Notes: generated by a model from the sequence alone, not told the origin. A DNA stretch of 63,346 nucleotides, filler included, from Choristocarpus tenellus KU-1152 (GCA_964200185.2; 15 parts of 15 records of this genome joined end to end with filler, not necessarily neighbours in it); one strand, 5' to 3'. Positions 12,868 through 27,679 are shown, counted from the first letter of the whole stretch. A program made the numbers and translations.

Positions 12868-15100
12868 AAACCTGAGCAATCAGTTGTACAGAAGGTCCTC
12901 CTTGACACACTCCTCCTGTTGATCATTGGCAGTCATGAACACCTCATCATCCCTCCTGTGGTGTAGGATTCGGAAGTCTCGGAAGCCCTGCTGGATCACC
13001 CTGGTTGTCTATGAATTGTGTTATGAGCCTTGTGTACCCGTTAAAAATTCAACATCAATGATGTTTATGAGGGGGGCGCGAATGGAAGAAGTGAGTCCAT
13101 GGAGTACTAGAGCAAGGATACAATACGAGGAGTGAATGGATAATAATACGTGCAGTCAAATAGCTATTTATACTGACAAGATTGCAATAAATTACATAGA
13201 AAAAAAGAGGGAAAACCTCTTTGTCCAGTCCCATCATGACATGATGTGGATGGAACTTTCCCCGATCTTGGTCAAGTCATTCAATGCCTCTAGTGTGAAC
13301 CCCTCACCGCAACAAAAATCTGTAAGCTCTGAATTGTATTGTTCAGTCTCTCCCCTAAAATATATAAAATGACCAAAATCCACCCCTCTAAAAAGTGATA
13401 CGCTGGACTCCATCCGGCCGAAAAACATGATCAAAAATATATGTAACGCATGATATTTTCCAGGAAATTATTTGAATAATTTTACGTTACCCCCTCCTTG
13501 TCCACGCAATATGTATTTTTCTAATACTGTATCCGCCTGAGTCAATTGTCTCATCCCTGGGATCAGACAATGAAGTAGTTCGTCAGGGCTAATAAGTCAT
13601 TGAGGGTTGCCCCAAGGATGCGTTTGACCAGGCCTCTTGCACGGTGGAAAACTTGTGTCGAGGCAAGTCTAGGAATCCAAAACCTTGTCAGGTTACCATG
13701 CTGTTGTTAGTTTCTGAATGGTATGAGGTACGCTCTCAGGCCACTGAGGTTTCTGAATATAGTTCAGTCTGACTCAGTCCAGGGCCTATATGCTAAATTA
13801 CTTCAAACGAATGTCAGCAGCAGCAGTAGTTAGTGCTAGTAGTTCTAGCAAGCAGCAGCCTCTAGCTATGTCGTAGAGCCTTTGAGTAGGGAAAAGAGCT
13901 CTGCCTACTATTGATAGCAATTCAAATACAGACCAAATATAGAATAAACACTCTTCGTCGTAATATCTAACTCTGGAGATATTCAAGCGACTAAATTATT
14001 ATTGTTGACGTAGGGGAATGAAAAGGCATGTCACCAGGGTAATCACCATCCAATTTAACCTCTTAGAATCCTTGGGGGAGTAGGTCGAGGTATCTTTAAA
14101 AATTAAGGCACACACAAAAATTTATTGGTTATCCACAATTAAAAAACAAAGGTATCATTATGTCAACGAATTTTTGTGTTTATTTACTTTGTGTCCCCAA
14201 ACGGGGGCGGGATCTACTACCATTAAGATACATAATTGTAGAAGTACAACAAACAATTTTACGGCCTCACCCAATGACTAATCTCGAAGTAAAACAGCCT
14301 CCTTGACCTTCTACCGTCAGTCACAATGAAGCTCAGATACTTGTGATACAGATAACAGATACGCCATATTTCACTAACACAGCCTACATGTATGTATTAA
14401 GCATAGTAGCATATTTTCCAACCTATCCCTTGAATCTCGATCATCTTCCAACTGTCTAAGTGGGAGTTTGTCAGCAAGGCAGGGTAGGGTGACAGAGGAG
14501 TGCGACACTACGCATGCAAACAGATGGATGCTTTGCAATGACCAGAGGAACTGTACCATGGTCATCCATCGTTGGTTTCACTGTGCTTGAAAGGACAGGA
14601 GTACTGGATATACACAACAAGACAAAAAAACACACTAACCCCCAACCCTGTCCTGCTAATGGAAATGCCACAACAGTACATCAAATCAGCAGAGGCTATC
14701 TTACAGCAGTTGAAATCCGCTCTATAAAACACATACAGTCACACAAGACCAAGCAGGAACCAATATTAAACAACACACAAGAATCCAAAGCAACTCAAGT
14801 GGAGTTGGATCCTTCGTATTTTTTCAGGCCCAGAACTTCTTCACATCAAGGATGCGATCTTCTTCTACAACTATCCATCACTAAACTAGCTTGTTTAGAG
14901 CATTCTCAACAATGGGAGAATTACACGCTCAAAACACCATGCACTGGACAGCCCATTCAACTGACATAAAATTCCACACTTGCACTTACTCTCAAGCACT
15001 GTACAACTATCTCTTGTGATGTAATGCGCCACATTTTTCCATAAGTAAAATAATTAATGTAGTTGCCAATACAAAATTTTGATTGGATTCTACCACTCTC

Positions 15101-18100
15101 TCAAGGACAAAACGCAGATGGAGCATCAAAGCTGTAACTGGAAGCAACATTATTGAGCCGCCTCTGCTCTTCTTCCCCCAGCGAGGACATGGCCTGTGCT
15201 AGAGCCTGAAGGGGAAGATTTGAACTCCCCCCACTCCCTTGCATGGCAAGAACAGATCTTGCCACAAACACATGTGCCTTTGGTCCAGCAAGATCAGTAC
15301 CCACCACCTGATCATACATAGAGGTTATGAAAGTTTGAAGGTTAGAGCTATCTATATACCAACCTAGGAGCACTGTCCACATCAATGACAACGAATAAAA
15401 CGAGTACCTACAGTAGTTGCCATCCTAGCTAGTATATGCATACACGTACATACTGCTGAATTGAGGCAGGGACAGTAAAAGAACACAAAAATCTAGCAGA
15501 GCTTCTCGAGGTTTCACGAAAGGAGGCAATAATGAGTAATTGTCTCAGGTTGAAACTTCTCCCTGTTCTGCCCTCCTTTCACCCGGTTCGCCCGCTGGTT
15601 CTTCACCTGTGCCAAGGCAGTCAGGGCAGCTGGCAGACGGTCCAAACCCACTCCCAAAAGATCAGTTTGTGTCACTGAATTCTCCAGTAACCTGCAGAGC
15701 TGATCTGTCACCTGGTGGGTCAATACCACAGCCCACAAGTGATCGTAGGGCGAAGAGATCATGGGCATTCTAGTGGTTAGGTGTGCACTGCTTTTGGAGG
15801 TCAGCAATAATATCATCTTGACATTGCAGTAATATCATACTGGGCTTACATAACGCCAGATCAACTTACTTGGCAACAGTCAGGAACACCAATTTCTCAC
15901 CTTTTGTGACTCCTCCTCATCCCCTTGCAATGGAAGGTGAGACAGCCATTGTCCCCAGGCATCCTTGACCTGTACCCCATTCTGTGTAAGAGAGTCTCGT
16001 TGGAACTCCAAGAGCAATCCCAAGGCACTAACTGCATTGTCTGTTGCTGCCTGATATAAACCATCATGTACCCCTAAGTAGCATACAGACAGGTTCAACA
16101 ATAAGGTTCTGTACAATCGAACAACTGCATTGAACCTAGGGTTAGAGCAGGATTGGCAATGCAGAGTGCTAAACTGGTCCATACAAACTACAAATGAATT
16201 TTCCTGTTTCATGTAAAGAAACCTATGTTTCTATGGGAGTTGTATAAGCAAATGAGGTATTAGATGTACTGTCCAGGCCCAAGTCATCACAATGACCCCT
16301 CTTAACCATTCCCTTGTGTTATCGGAAGCCCTATGGTAACCTGTCATCCTCAAAACCAGGTGAGAAATACTCACAGTCACTACCATAACAGGGAAATAGG
16401 AGCACTCCTATTCTCTTTAAAAGTATGGGAGCATGCAACTAATACTCAGAGTACTTGAGCAGTTACTAATTAATAATAACTATATCTTGTTACGAGGAAG
16501 ACCAATACCTCAAGAGTCACCTTAAGTAACAAAGGCATCATGCAACCTATGCAAAAATCCCTCTTCACTCATGAAATGGCCATTTTAATAGTAGTAACTG
16601 CACAGTCAGAGCTGGTCAAAGTTCTTTCTAGGCAGCTTAAAACATATTCAACGCTCTTCATGCGCATACCTGGTTCTCGGAGGTAACCTTCCAAAACTCG
16701 GAGGGATTCGAAGCTGAAGGGACTAAATGCTGGGCCAAACTTTGCTGACAGACCTAATCCGAAAAATGCGGCCTTGATGAACGTCATGCGCAACACCCAA
16801 GAGTCAACACCGAAAGGGACGTTTCACACGGGCACAATAAAGTTTGACTGAGCCAATGTTGGTGACAATGAAAGGCTCAATATAATTGTATTTTTTGGGA
16901 AGTGAACCATCAATGCATCATGCCAGAAAGAACAGATACAACAGCGCGTGGCTCAGCGGTGGTAACCCCCACATTTACATCTTGCACACATTGTACAAAG
17001 AGTGGCTAAGTAAACATGAACCTAACACAAATCCTTTTTACTCAGCTTTGACACATCTTTGATAAGGATGACTTCCTTCTGACTCTGTTCTCCTCCAGCA
17101 GGACCAAGGGGGGTCCCTGACCCACATGTACCCAGACCTAGTCATTGCTTCTCAAAGCTGCTCTCTATGCAACTTTTCATTTCGATCAAAGGTGCACACA
17201 TTGAGAGCATAGGACTTAGCCAACATCACCCTTGTCCATCCCACCGTAGCAGAATGGAAAAGGAAAGGCATCCTTCGCACTGGAGTGAAGTAGGAGATCA
17301 AAACGACACCATCTTCTCACCTTCAACAGATGACAAGCGGTGGAAACCAAAACTAACACCTTACAAACTCTAATGGGATGGGGGGATCAGGCAAGCGACA
17401 GACCATTTCAGTGTCTCTTTGTAATGCAGGACTCAGATGAATAGGGAGCGAGAACTCAAGGGGGGCATGATGGGAGGGAGTTGTGTGAGAGCACATTTGG
17501 ACAAGCCGTCTACAATTTTTATTCTGTGTTTGTCACCCACATTTATTTTTTCTGCAATTTTCTGGCCAATGGAAACGTATTGAATGGACAAAGGTTTTCA
17601 GACGACAAAACTGATAAAAGAATGACAGGAAAAACAAGTAGAATGCACCTTTAGGAGTGGGAATTTGAGGTCATACACCGTAACCATGTGGGCAAGATTG
17701 TTGTGGAGGTTATCTCCATTGAGTGAATATTTCATACACAGATGGAATTGGGAGGAAAAATTCAAGGAGAAATGACCAACAATCTCTTTTGAGATCCCAT
17801 CCCTTACTTCTCACCATCCTGATTCCAGGATCACTATCCCTGCAGGCCCCATGCAACACAGGAACAATTTTTGACATCAGCACCTGTGCCCCTTTTGGGG
17901 CAAACTCCAGTACCTGGTCCAGCATGTGCACTGCGACCTGAGGTCACAGTGACAATATGAGATGGCACTATTTAGTCTGGTGTCAAATTCAAGGTTCAAG
18001 AGCTAACAGAAAGGATACATCGATCATTCCATGAAGTAGTCTCTTGGTGCAAAAATCACATTTGATGCAATGAGGACAAATCAGTTGAGATGATCACCCA

Positions 18101-20812
18101 AAAGCCGCCATCCAGGGAAGTAAGGTCACAACAAGTTTCACCACTCAAGTGCAGCCCATCAGCACAGTGCTCCTTTTAGAACACTGGTGTGAATGCCAAG
18201 GGATTCATCAATACCTAAAGACTCCTCAAGTAGGCCAATAAGCAACACGTAACTCTCACCTTACGATCAGATGGCACACTGTCAGGTTGAGCCATCTCCA
18301 AGAAATGGGGCAGCAGCAACTCCACATATGTTGGTAAGAAGCCATCCCCATGAGTTTGCAAAAGACACCCAAACAGCTCTGCCAGGTTAACATGCAGCTC
18401 TGTCTCCTCCTTTTCTGCCTCTGCTGCCCTTTGATCTTCTACCTCATCCCAATCCTCACTCGCTGTTGCTTCTGCCCTCCTAATAGCACGTCGACGGAAG
18501 CTCTGTCCCAGGCAGTGCAGGCCATTTGTTACCAGCAGATCCATTTGGGCCTTGTTAAGCACAGGTCGACATGACTCAGGAAGTGTTGGTTCTGGGTCTC
18601 CCATTCCTGCAATATTGAACAAGAAGATAGTGCTCAAGGCTTGAGAGGGCAAACAATTTACCAATATCTAGGTGCTCTGAGTTTAACCTGCTGGCCCCCC
18701 TATGTATGTGTAACCAAACTTTGCCAACAAATCTCAATGCACAATGGCAACCTACCCTTTGTGTGGTTCTCCCATCGTACACAGGCGTATTGCACACAGC
18801 GCTTTACAGCTTGGACAGCAGTCATGAGAAGCTCAACGCAGGTTTCCTGTTCCAAGGATTCCATCAGACGCCCAAGGAAGAACTCCAGTAACTGACGGAC
18901 TCCAGAAAGCTCCAGGTCTGAACCTGATATCATACATTGAAAGAGACCTTCAGTAACCAAGAACCTAAACCTTGCTTTTACAGACCATGTAAGGGGTCGA
19001 CTTTCAACCCTTTGAAGCGTGAATGCCCTCTTCAACCTTTTGTGCAATCTACACTATGCCCATGCCATGAAAGGCTCATGGTTCAGCCCCCAAAAACATG
19101 TATATGTAGAATCAGATCAACTGCAAACACAGTTTTGGGGTGAAAGAGCACTCTGCTGTCCTTGAAAGAAATGTGTACCCCAAAGCAGTTACAGGGTTTT
19201 CCATTACAGTAAGTAATAGTCAATACCTTGTTGACTAGTGGAATACACAGAACAGAAGAGGGAGTATCAGAGAAAACATCACCTGCTACAAGAGCCCTAC
19301 TCACCCTGCATAGCTGCAGCCTTTCCACAGGATCGTACCAGTTCTGGAAGCCCAGCCATGCAGAAAGTCCTAGGAATTTTGTATGTGATAGTACGAAGGA
19401 AAAGAGAGAGAGAGAGAGAGTGAAAGGACAAGATGCAGAAAGTCCTAGGAATTTTGTATGTGATAGTACGAAGGAAAAGAGAGAGAGAGAGAGAGAGAGA
19501 GTGAAAGGACAAGATGCAAAGTTTGACAAATTTATAGAGGTCATACTTGCATACATCTCCATCAATGAATGTACTTGCTTAGTAGACACACACTATGGAC
19601 TGTGAGAGAGCCACTGTACTGTACCTCACAGTACCATACATACCGCACCTTACACATGGAACATTAACGCCTTCACAGTGTCAAACCTCACCTCAACTAT
19701 TTCAACCCTACCCCTAGTCCGATACAACGAACAAGCATCAATTACAGCCTTCCTTTCCCTAGAAACCCACCGGACGTCATCGTGCGGGCTGGTATTGACA
19801 AGGGCAGCCAGTTGATCAGCCACTGCCTCCACATAGGGTAGGAAATGCTCCTGTGGAGTAAAGAACATCCACATAGGGTAGGAAACTGTCAGACACCTCA
19901 AAGGATATTGACACAAGATACGTATTTGATAATAATAGGATGAGGCAAGGGGCCATCTATCCTAGGAAATATAGATGAGGGTGTGTGCATCAGACACAAT
20001 GATCAACAAGATCAGGATAGTAGTGCTTGACTTCTGAACACAATGCCCTGTAGGACACGGTAATCAAGAATAGATCTCGCCAAGTGATTTCGAGCTCAAT
20101 CCCTCAACTTCTTGAAGATGCAATGCAAGGGCATGCAGAAGATGTGTATCTTTTATTTTCATTTAAAAAAAAAAAAAAATGATGCAGACACATCAAACAC
20201 AATAAGTTGCTCCACATACGGTACCTCCTCAGATTCATCACCTTGACCCTAGTGTAAATCTGGAAACTCCAGCACTTGACAAACAAACATCAACCTCACC
20301 TGCAGGGCATCGGCTAATAGAAGCAACATTTGGCAGGCGGTAGCCTGCTCCTCTAACAGGCACGTTCGAACAGCCACCACCTGAACACCACACCAGCACG
20401 AACCATTCCATGAGTTGCATGAAAATATCAGTGACAACACCATAGCACCTAACATCACACTTCATTCTTTATAGAAAATGTATCCAGCAGGTGAGCACTA
20501 TTTGGAGGAACATTACCACAACAAAATGGGAACAGGATAACAAATACACAACCATCACTTAGGCTGCACTGTGTCTACACAACATAAAGAGGACACTCTT
20601 TACTCCACATCACCAGAGACACACACAAAAAAATCCATTCCACTCTCCTATCCATGCTGTCTGATATAAAAGCACTAAAATCCTGGCAAAGAGCACAGCA
20701 AACACAGAGGTCTCACATTCCCGTCCAAGTCCTCCATACAGTCCACGTCACTGCCTACTTCATCATTGTCAACCTTCTCATCACTATCATCTGGAGGTAC
20801 ATCCACCTCAAC
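15101..20812 (-). CDS. IPO5: Importin-5 / importin beta-3 (karyopherin), C-terminal 11 exons
   Basis: Exons 20717-20812, 20300-20380, 19771-19850, 19305-19369, 18756-18923, 18260-18606, 17815-17937, 16670-16772, 15901-16073, 15607-15711, 15101-15307 all splice in phase; motifs RTCLLEEQATACQML, FLPYVE..HDDVR, ATDNAVSALG, WLSHLPLQGDEEE; TGA at 15101. Confidence 0.9.
19358..19517. repeat. 75/81-bp tandem duplication spanning an IPO5 splice acceptor, with (GA)n
   Basis: ATGCAGAAAGTCCTAGGAATTTTG... units start at 19358 and 19433. Confidence 0.92.
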
Positions 20813-22833
20813 CTTGTCACAAAGGAGCAAATATTTGGGGGAAAAGGACACCAAAGGGACATCACATAACATGCTTCAAGGAAGTAGCGATAGAGAGATG
20901 ACCCATTGACTGTTGATTGGAACAACGAGGATGGAGATGGGTTAAGGTCGGGATCATCCCTATCCTAAGGTTATTTCATCACCTGCAGATCGCCTGAAAC
21001 ACACACCCTCTCAATGCAAGCACAATGGACTGATGAAATACACTATATATATAGAACCATGTTTAAATAGTTTTTCACGTTGAGAGAAGGCATGTTACTC
21101 GAAGATCCCTAACGCCTTCCTGTTAGATGGTATAGCCACATCATCAACACCTTAAATAAAAATGTTCCAAACAAAGTAGCATTGTCTTTTGCAGCTATCC
21201 CAATACCAGAAATTGCAAATGCAAGNNNNNNNNNNNNNNNNNNNNNNNNNNNNNNNNNNNNNNNNNNNNTTAATTAATTAANNNNNNNNNNNNNNNNNNN
21301 NNNNNNNNNNNNNNNNNNNNNNNNNTTTTTAAAGACCGTTTTCGAAAAACAACCATCCTCATAGTCCCGCGCCATCCTCAATTTTGCGAATCCCCTGTTC
21401 TGAGGCATGGCTTTATCTACAACAAAATCTTAACCAGGATGAGTCATGATCTAACAAATTGTTTGATATCTAAACCATAGAATAGTAGGTCTCAACTATA
21501 TTTACTAGCCAACTTGATTGCAGAATACTGATTCCTCCTCATGCTTCAGTCTCCTAGCTTGATGAGGGAGCAACTGGTCGCATGGTACAAAGACTGGACT
21601 GAGTACCATTACCACCCACTACACGTGAAGAATTCATCAAGACTGTTCATTGTCGTCATTGCCACAATCAACATAATGCACACCATACACGGGCATGTCT
21701 TCACAGAGGAGCAGAATTGCAAAATTTCTTTTAACCTGATCAATAACCCTCGAACAAGAGCAAGCATTGCAGACTGAGCAAACCATTAACTCATTTCTTA
21801 GCTAATGATAACTTTCCTGACCATGTCTTAAAAAAGACTCAACACAATCGAATCCCAACAAGAGTAATCTATGTTCCTGAGCAATGGCAGCACGAAGGTG
21901 GGCTAAGATAAGAGTGGGATGGGACACAGGATACAGTAGAGGTAAGGTAAGGACATTTGACAGGTGCAGAGAGATCTCAGAAATAATTACGTTATTGGGG
22001 TGTTTGAAACCATACCACATTGCACAGAGCCCAATTTCAAGGAAACTAGATCCCACATTAAAGGAGACTCACATCAACAAATTGTGTCTACGCAACCATG
22101 AGTCTAGCCATGCTATCAAGCTCTCACACATTTGGGTCTCTAAAGATGTTTTCCTATAGACCACGCTTTACAAAAAACAATGACAGGTATATTAGCTCAC
22201 CTGTGCATATTGCGTAACAGTTGACAATCTGTTAGAGGTGGATGCACACAATATTCATTTTCCCTCTACAATTTGCATCAGAAGAAGATACACTGTGGGG
22301 AAGTACTGTCAAGAATATAATCATTGGGTTCACTTCTACTATGAAAATTTGAAGAAATATTGTGCATTTTTGTTCCTTTATTACTCGTTTAGTAAAAGTC
22401 TAAGATGCACACAACCATCCCCTTCAAAACAAGAGTGTTCAAGTTGCAAGTGAGTACACCCACAGTCCCCAATCAAGATGCTATGCACAGATTTGGAGAT
22501 AATCGCCTCCCTGCCCTCTATGTACTCTGTGTTGGGCATGTGGTTGACGGTTCTCATCCTCACTCTTTTCCCCCTTCAGTGCATCCCTTCCAACTACACA
22601 AAAAGAGGCGTTTATCATCAGTCCACTGTAAGCCAAGAGAACCAACTGCAGCAATTCAATGGCTATTAATGTTCAACAGAACTGCAGAAGCATGGGTGTC
22701 GGGAGCAGGCAAGTCCCCTCTTCATCCTCACTATCAAACCTTGACACCTCAAGACATTTCAACCGATACAGGTCAAAACAAAAATATCAAACTACTCTTC
22801 CTCCTGACCTACTGCTGTCTGAAATAGCACAGC

Positions 22834-24800
22834 TTAGTTGAAGGTGTAGCTGGCACCAAGGATATCATTGATGATGTACGGCTGGTTCGAGATCTGCTCG
22901 TGCACCATCATGCCAAGGATACCCATCTGTGCTGCGCGGCCGTTGTTCAGCTCGATTGCACGCTTTGTGTTCTGCTCCTCCTCACTCCAGCTGGACCATG
23001 TCCCCTCGAATGGGTTTCCCCCACGGGTCATGTCCCCAGGGAAGGATCCCGGCTTCTGGATCATGATCCCTGCCTCCAAGAAGCCAATGAACAGGACAAT
23101 CTGGATGAGCCCAAGAGGAGGGATCTTGGAGATGGCAGCAATACCATTGGGCATGTCTGCGAACGACAGGTTCTCGGATGAGGACAACAGGCCATCAAGA
23201 CGGTAGTTCTGCTGTACAATGTGTCCCAAGACAGCAAGCATTGAAATACGGCCGTGCTTAATCTCCACATAGCGAAGGCGGTCGAAGCGCTCCTGGTCCG
23301 CGTTACGGAGGAGACCAAGGGGGTCCCAGTAGCCGATGGGCTGCTGTGCACCCACCTCAGTCTCGAAGGACATCTTCATTGCCGATGAGGCCCTGGGGAC
23401 AGTCGCCACCTGAGCACCCTTGAAGGCACTGCCAAGGTACAGATGAGGGATAGAGGCAGATGGGGGAGACATTGAAGGGAGATGCATTTACGTAAGATTC
23501 AGTTCGGTACCCAAACGATTGAATTCTGTCACAAGACAGCGAAGGAGGAGTTTTGGGTCCTTTAACTGCCAGCAACAATCAAGGAGCAGTGTTGGCAAGA
23601 GGATGACAGGCAGATAAGGCGATTTGAGTATTTACAAAGCAGGAAGAGGCAAGTGTATCACAGGGTGATTGGGTAGAGAAGGTAGTAGCTATGACAAGAG
23701 CTTTAGTCAAGGAAAAAAGTGTAACTATACCTAGGAAACTTAAGACATAAAAGAAGTCGACCACTGCACCCCTACATACGAAACATTTGCTTAACGATCA
23801 GAGGTTCCTACAGGAGCTTGTGTTTCCACATTGGTTTGGGTAGCCAGGTATGTTAATCGCAATTTGTTGAAATAAGATTGAACTGGGCTGATTCTCCTAA
23901 ACGGTGAAGGTTCCCAGGCAAAGAGACGATTCCTTTAAAAGATAGATTGGATCCACTTCCTAATGAGAGGAGAAAAGGGACTTAGAGGCACGACAACGTC
24001 TGTGCCAGTAGTAAATGTTGGCGTAACGTGAGAACCGCTGTAGCGAGACATGCAACCTCCAGACTTAAGGGTTGAGAGAAAAAATAGCTATTTCGAAGTC
24101 TTGATAGACAACGTACCAACGGTAGTTACACATTGTCTTCACATGGAAATTGCTGGTAGTCTTGAACGCATGATTATGACACAGTCAAGGGACGCAAAAA
24201 CAATCGTGGATAAGTTGGAACTACCATCTCGAGGAAACCAACTTGTTCGAACTTCCCTAGAAACCGCAGAGTTAAGCTAGTGTGATAACCGGATTAAGTT
24301 CTATTGGGGATAGCAAATCAATGCTCAATTGTAGGGTCACCAAATGAGCCATCAAAACTGCAATCTCCTCCATCCCACCGCCGCCATCCACGGGAACAGG
24401 ATCTAGTGCTGGAGTGCGCAGAACATGGAATGGTCAATTGCACAACCTTTTCGGAGGAGATCAGTAACCGTATTGAGAAAAAACAGAATTCAGATTTCCT
24501 TGGACATGCCAGGTCCTCAACTCTCTCCTGCGATCGGCCCCATTAAACCAGGTGCAGGACTCGACTATCCTTGAGGAAAGTATATCTCGATACTATTACT
24601 ATACACTTAATTTCCAATACGAAGGGCTGACACTGTTGTCAGATAAAAGGTGAATTCAGGTAAACATGTGCACCAGGTCATCTGACGTGTTTCCATGATA
24701 TCCTACAAAGCTGATATTCAAGATGAAATGCCACCTACCCGGGGGTAACGAAGGCCTGGGCACAGGCAGCACAAGCAAGGGCCATCACAGCAGACTTCAT
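22834..24800 (-). CDS. lhcf: Fucoxanthin-chlorophyll a/c binding light-harvesting protein (Lhcf/FCP), complete two-exon gene
   Basis: Exon 1 24739-24800 MKSAVMALACAACAQAFVTPG (signal peptide plus AQAF cleavage motif), GT-AG intron 23429-24738, exon 2 22834-23428 with WDPLGL, EIKHGRISML, ELNNGRAAQMG. Confidence 0.96.
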
Positions 24801-25644
24801 GATTTCAGTGTTTGTGTTTTTGCTGAGTGGTACAAATGTATCGATCCGAGCAGAGACTGTCTGTCATGGTCACACAGGTTTCAGCACAGTCAACCTCTCT
24901 GAGAGCCGGAAACGGTTTATGGGGTGGTCTTGAAATTTGAGAGGAAAAAAATATATATTGTTTCTGTTGAAGTATCCTTTTTCCATTTGCTGCGCGCGGG
25001 AATTGTTTACACTGTCGCGCGTGATATCTGTTTTTCTCTCAACATTTTTTTTCCTCATTTTGTATCTTGTTTTTTTTATCGTTTTCTGGAAGGGAGAATT
25101 CTCTATATTACATTATATATATTAGGTTAGGTGGTCATCCTCCAATTTGTTTCCACAAAGGTGCTCGAGTTCGAACCCTGGTTTGTTATTATTTGTTTGT
25201 GGAGACTTGTGTTGTACGAACAATATTGTAAGCGCATTTTGGGACGGTGCACCTGTACCTTTCTTACACTAAAGCACAAAGAGGGATGCGCGGCAAGATC
25301 TGGATCGTGGTAGGGAAGATTCATGGTGGATGGAGGGACTACACACACCAGACTCGAGGGAAGGAGGGGGAAAGACAACCCGTGGGAAGATTGAAACCAA
25401 CGTGCGAAAAAAATCAAGGCACGCATGAGGCGGCAGTGCAAATAGTCGTAGTGCAACAGACGGTCACAGTGAAAAAGAAATGGTCAAGCAGAGTGCACTA
25501 CTGTCTGGCCAGGGGTCATGGGAGTAGGTAAGGTAGACAGAATGGAGAAGTACCAGAGGAAAAGTGAGCAAATAGTTAAAATGTTTGGGGTTATCCAATT
25601 CAAGGTCCTTATCCTTTCACGTTGTCAAACTTTTCTTTTTGCTC

Positions 25645-25884
25645 AAGTCAGAACGTATCTCAGAGGGTAGAGTCGCGTCCATTTGGGGGCCAAAATCCAA
25701 TGTTGGAGTTTTGATGTAATTTGTCCATCGTGTTTGTTAGGAAGTGTCAATACCCTTGTTCTGGATACACCTTTTCATAACGAAATATTTCAGAGTAGGT
25801 ACAATGTCATAAGAAACCCGTGGGAAGCCAAGCCCCAAACGGACAAACAAGGCAAGACTTGTACCCTCTAAGATACTTTCACTC
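25645..25884 (+). mobile_element. MITE family A copy
   Basis: Degenerate left TIR, intact right TIR TACCCTCTAAGATACTTTCACTC. Confidence 0.85.
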
Positions 25885-26769
25885 TCAAGAGGGTTTGGTG
25901 GATCATCATGACACTACATATTCATGTTACTGACACAATATTACATCTATTGATTTGTGCCCAATGACCCTTTGAAGATGTTGCCCAGTATGATATAGAC
26001 CAGTCCCCCGCATCAGACAACACCACACAATAAAATATAATGTATCTATGCAAAAGAGAACTCTTCCAATAGTCTTTGCTTTAAGTTGTATGGATTTATT
26101 TATTAGCGGAATGAACACNNNNNNNNNNNNNNNNNNNNNNNNNNNNNNNNNNNNNNNNNNNNTTAATTAATTAANNNNNNNNNNNNNNNNNNNNNNNNNN
26201 NNNNNNNNNNNNNNNNNNCCCCCCAGATACTTTGAGCCAGAAGAAACTGCCGTGAAGAAGAACATCTTGCTGAATCTGTTGAGGAAAAGAAAGAAGAGGA
26301 GCAGAAGGCCAAAGATAGCGAGTCAATCAAGCACATGGAATCACCCATGAATCATGACTCAGACACAGGTTTCCCAGCTAGTTCCTCCTCATCATCATCC
26401 TCCGACAGGTCAGAATCTGGAGATCAGAGACAAGGTTCCCCCTGCATCTCCTCCAGAAGATGGTTTAGGGCGGTGCAGGACCAGTGTCACTGACGTTTGA
26501 GCACCAGGTCAGATCAGCCGACTGTGACACCCACCATGGCCTTTTTCAGGACAGTCCACAGTTTACTCTCCAAGTTCAACGACTTGTGCGGTGTGGCTGC
26601 TTTGGGGCACAGTTCATTGATGTCATCTCGCATTCATTGCGAATCACGTCAACGAATGTGCTACAGCTAATGCTGTGCAACCCAGATGGCTTCAGGATCT
26701 CCTCAAAATTCAGGGCCACTCACACATTGCTGAACATGCTTCTTGTTTGGACTTGGTCCAACTCCAACA

Positions 26770-27023
26770 GAGTGAAAGTATCTTAGAGGGTACGAATTTT
26801 GCTCTGTTTGTCCATTTGGGGCTTGGCTTTTCACGGATATTTTATGACATTTTCCTACTCCGAAATGTTTTGAAGTGAAATATGTATGTTATGAAAAGGT
26901 GTGTTCGGAACAAGGATATTGACGCTTCCTGACGAACACAAGAGCCAAATGTGCATCAAAATTGCAACATTGGATTTTGGCCCCCAAACGGACGCAGCTC
27001 TACCCTCAAAGATACTTTGGCTC
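26770..27023 (-). mobile_element. MITE family A copy, TSD ACA
   Basis: GAGTGAAAGTATCTTAGAGGGTA ... TACCCTCAAAGATACTTTGGCTC; aca on both flanks. Confidence 0.92.
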
Positions 27024-27679
27024 ACAACAAAACCAACGCCTCCAGACAAAGGTGGATTGTCAATAAACAGCAGAAGCAACCCTAACCCAGTCCTCGGCTT
27101 GGTCCTTGATGAGTACACCTGAGACAGCCCAACCAAATAGTTGTTCAGCATCATGACCCCGTCATGTTTCTCATTGTGCAGAGTCCCCAGCTACACCCTA
27201 TCATAAATGTTGATGATCGTGCAGCATAGTATGCCACAAAAAATACTTCGTGCCAATACCCTGGATATTTCAACTCGTGATGGTCACTTGACCCAGTCAT
27301 GCATGGACAATCCAGATGGTAGTGATAGGCGGTTCTTGCATCGTAGGGGAAGAGGTCACGGAAACCAGGGCCGTGAGGATAGACAGTCAGTTGCTGGTGA
27401 CTATTCTCCTCGTACCTTGGGGTGCCCAGACGGATTTGACTCCTGGCAATTTGGGAATGAGCATGGTTTATTCGACACCATCGTAGGGAGTGGCAAGTGC
27501 TAGAGGTTGACTTCAGTCACACCACTTGTTCCTCAGGCATCGCTTTTAGCCTATTCGTCTGTCACCAAGCATTTTTCGTTGACCTTAGTTCAACCAAGGT
27601 TGTCCAATAATAATCAAACTTGGTTCAACAGTTCATTGCGCAGATACCCATCTATTCCAAAACCTTTATATTTTTCATT

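Noticed and set aside
21400-22200. Possible LINE C-terminal remnant (HLRAAIAQEH..)
   Set aside because: A single weak motif is not enough to call
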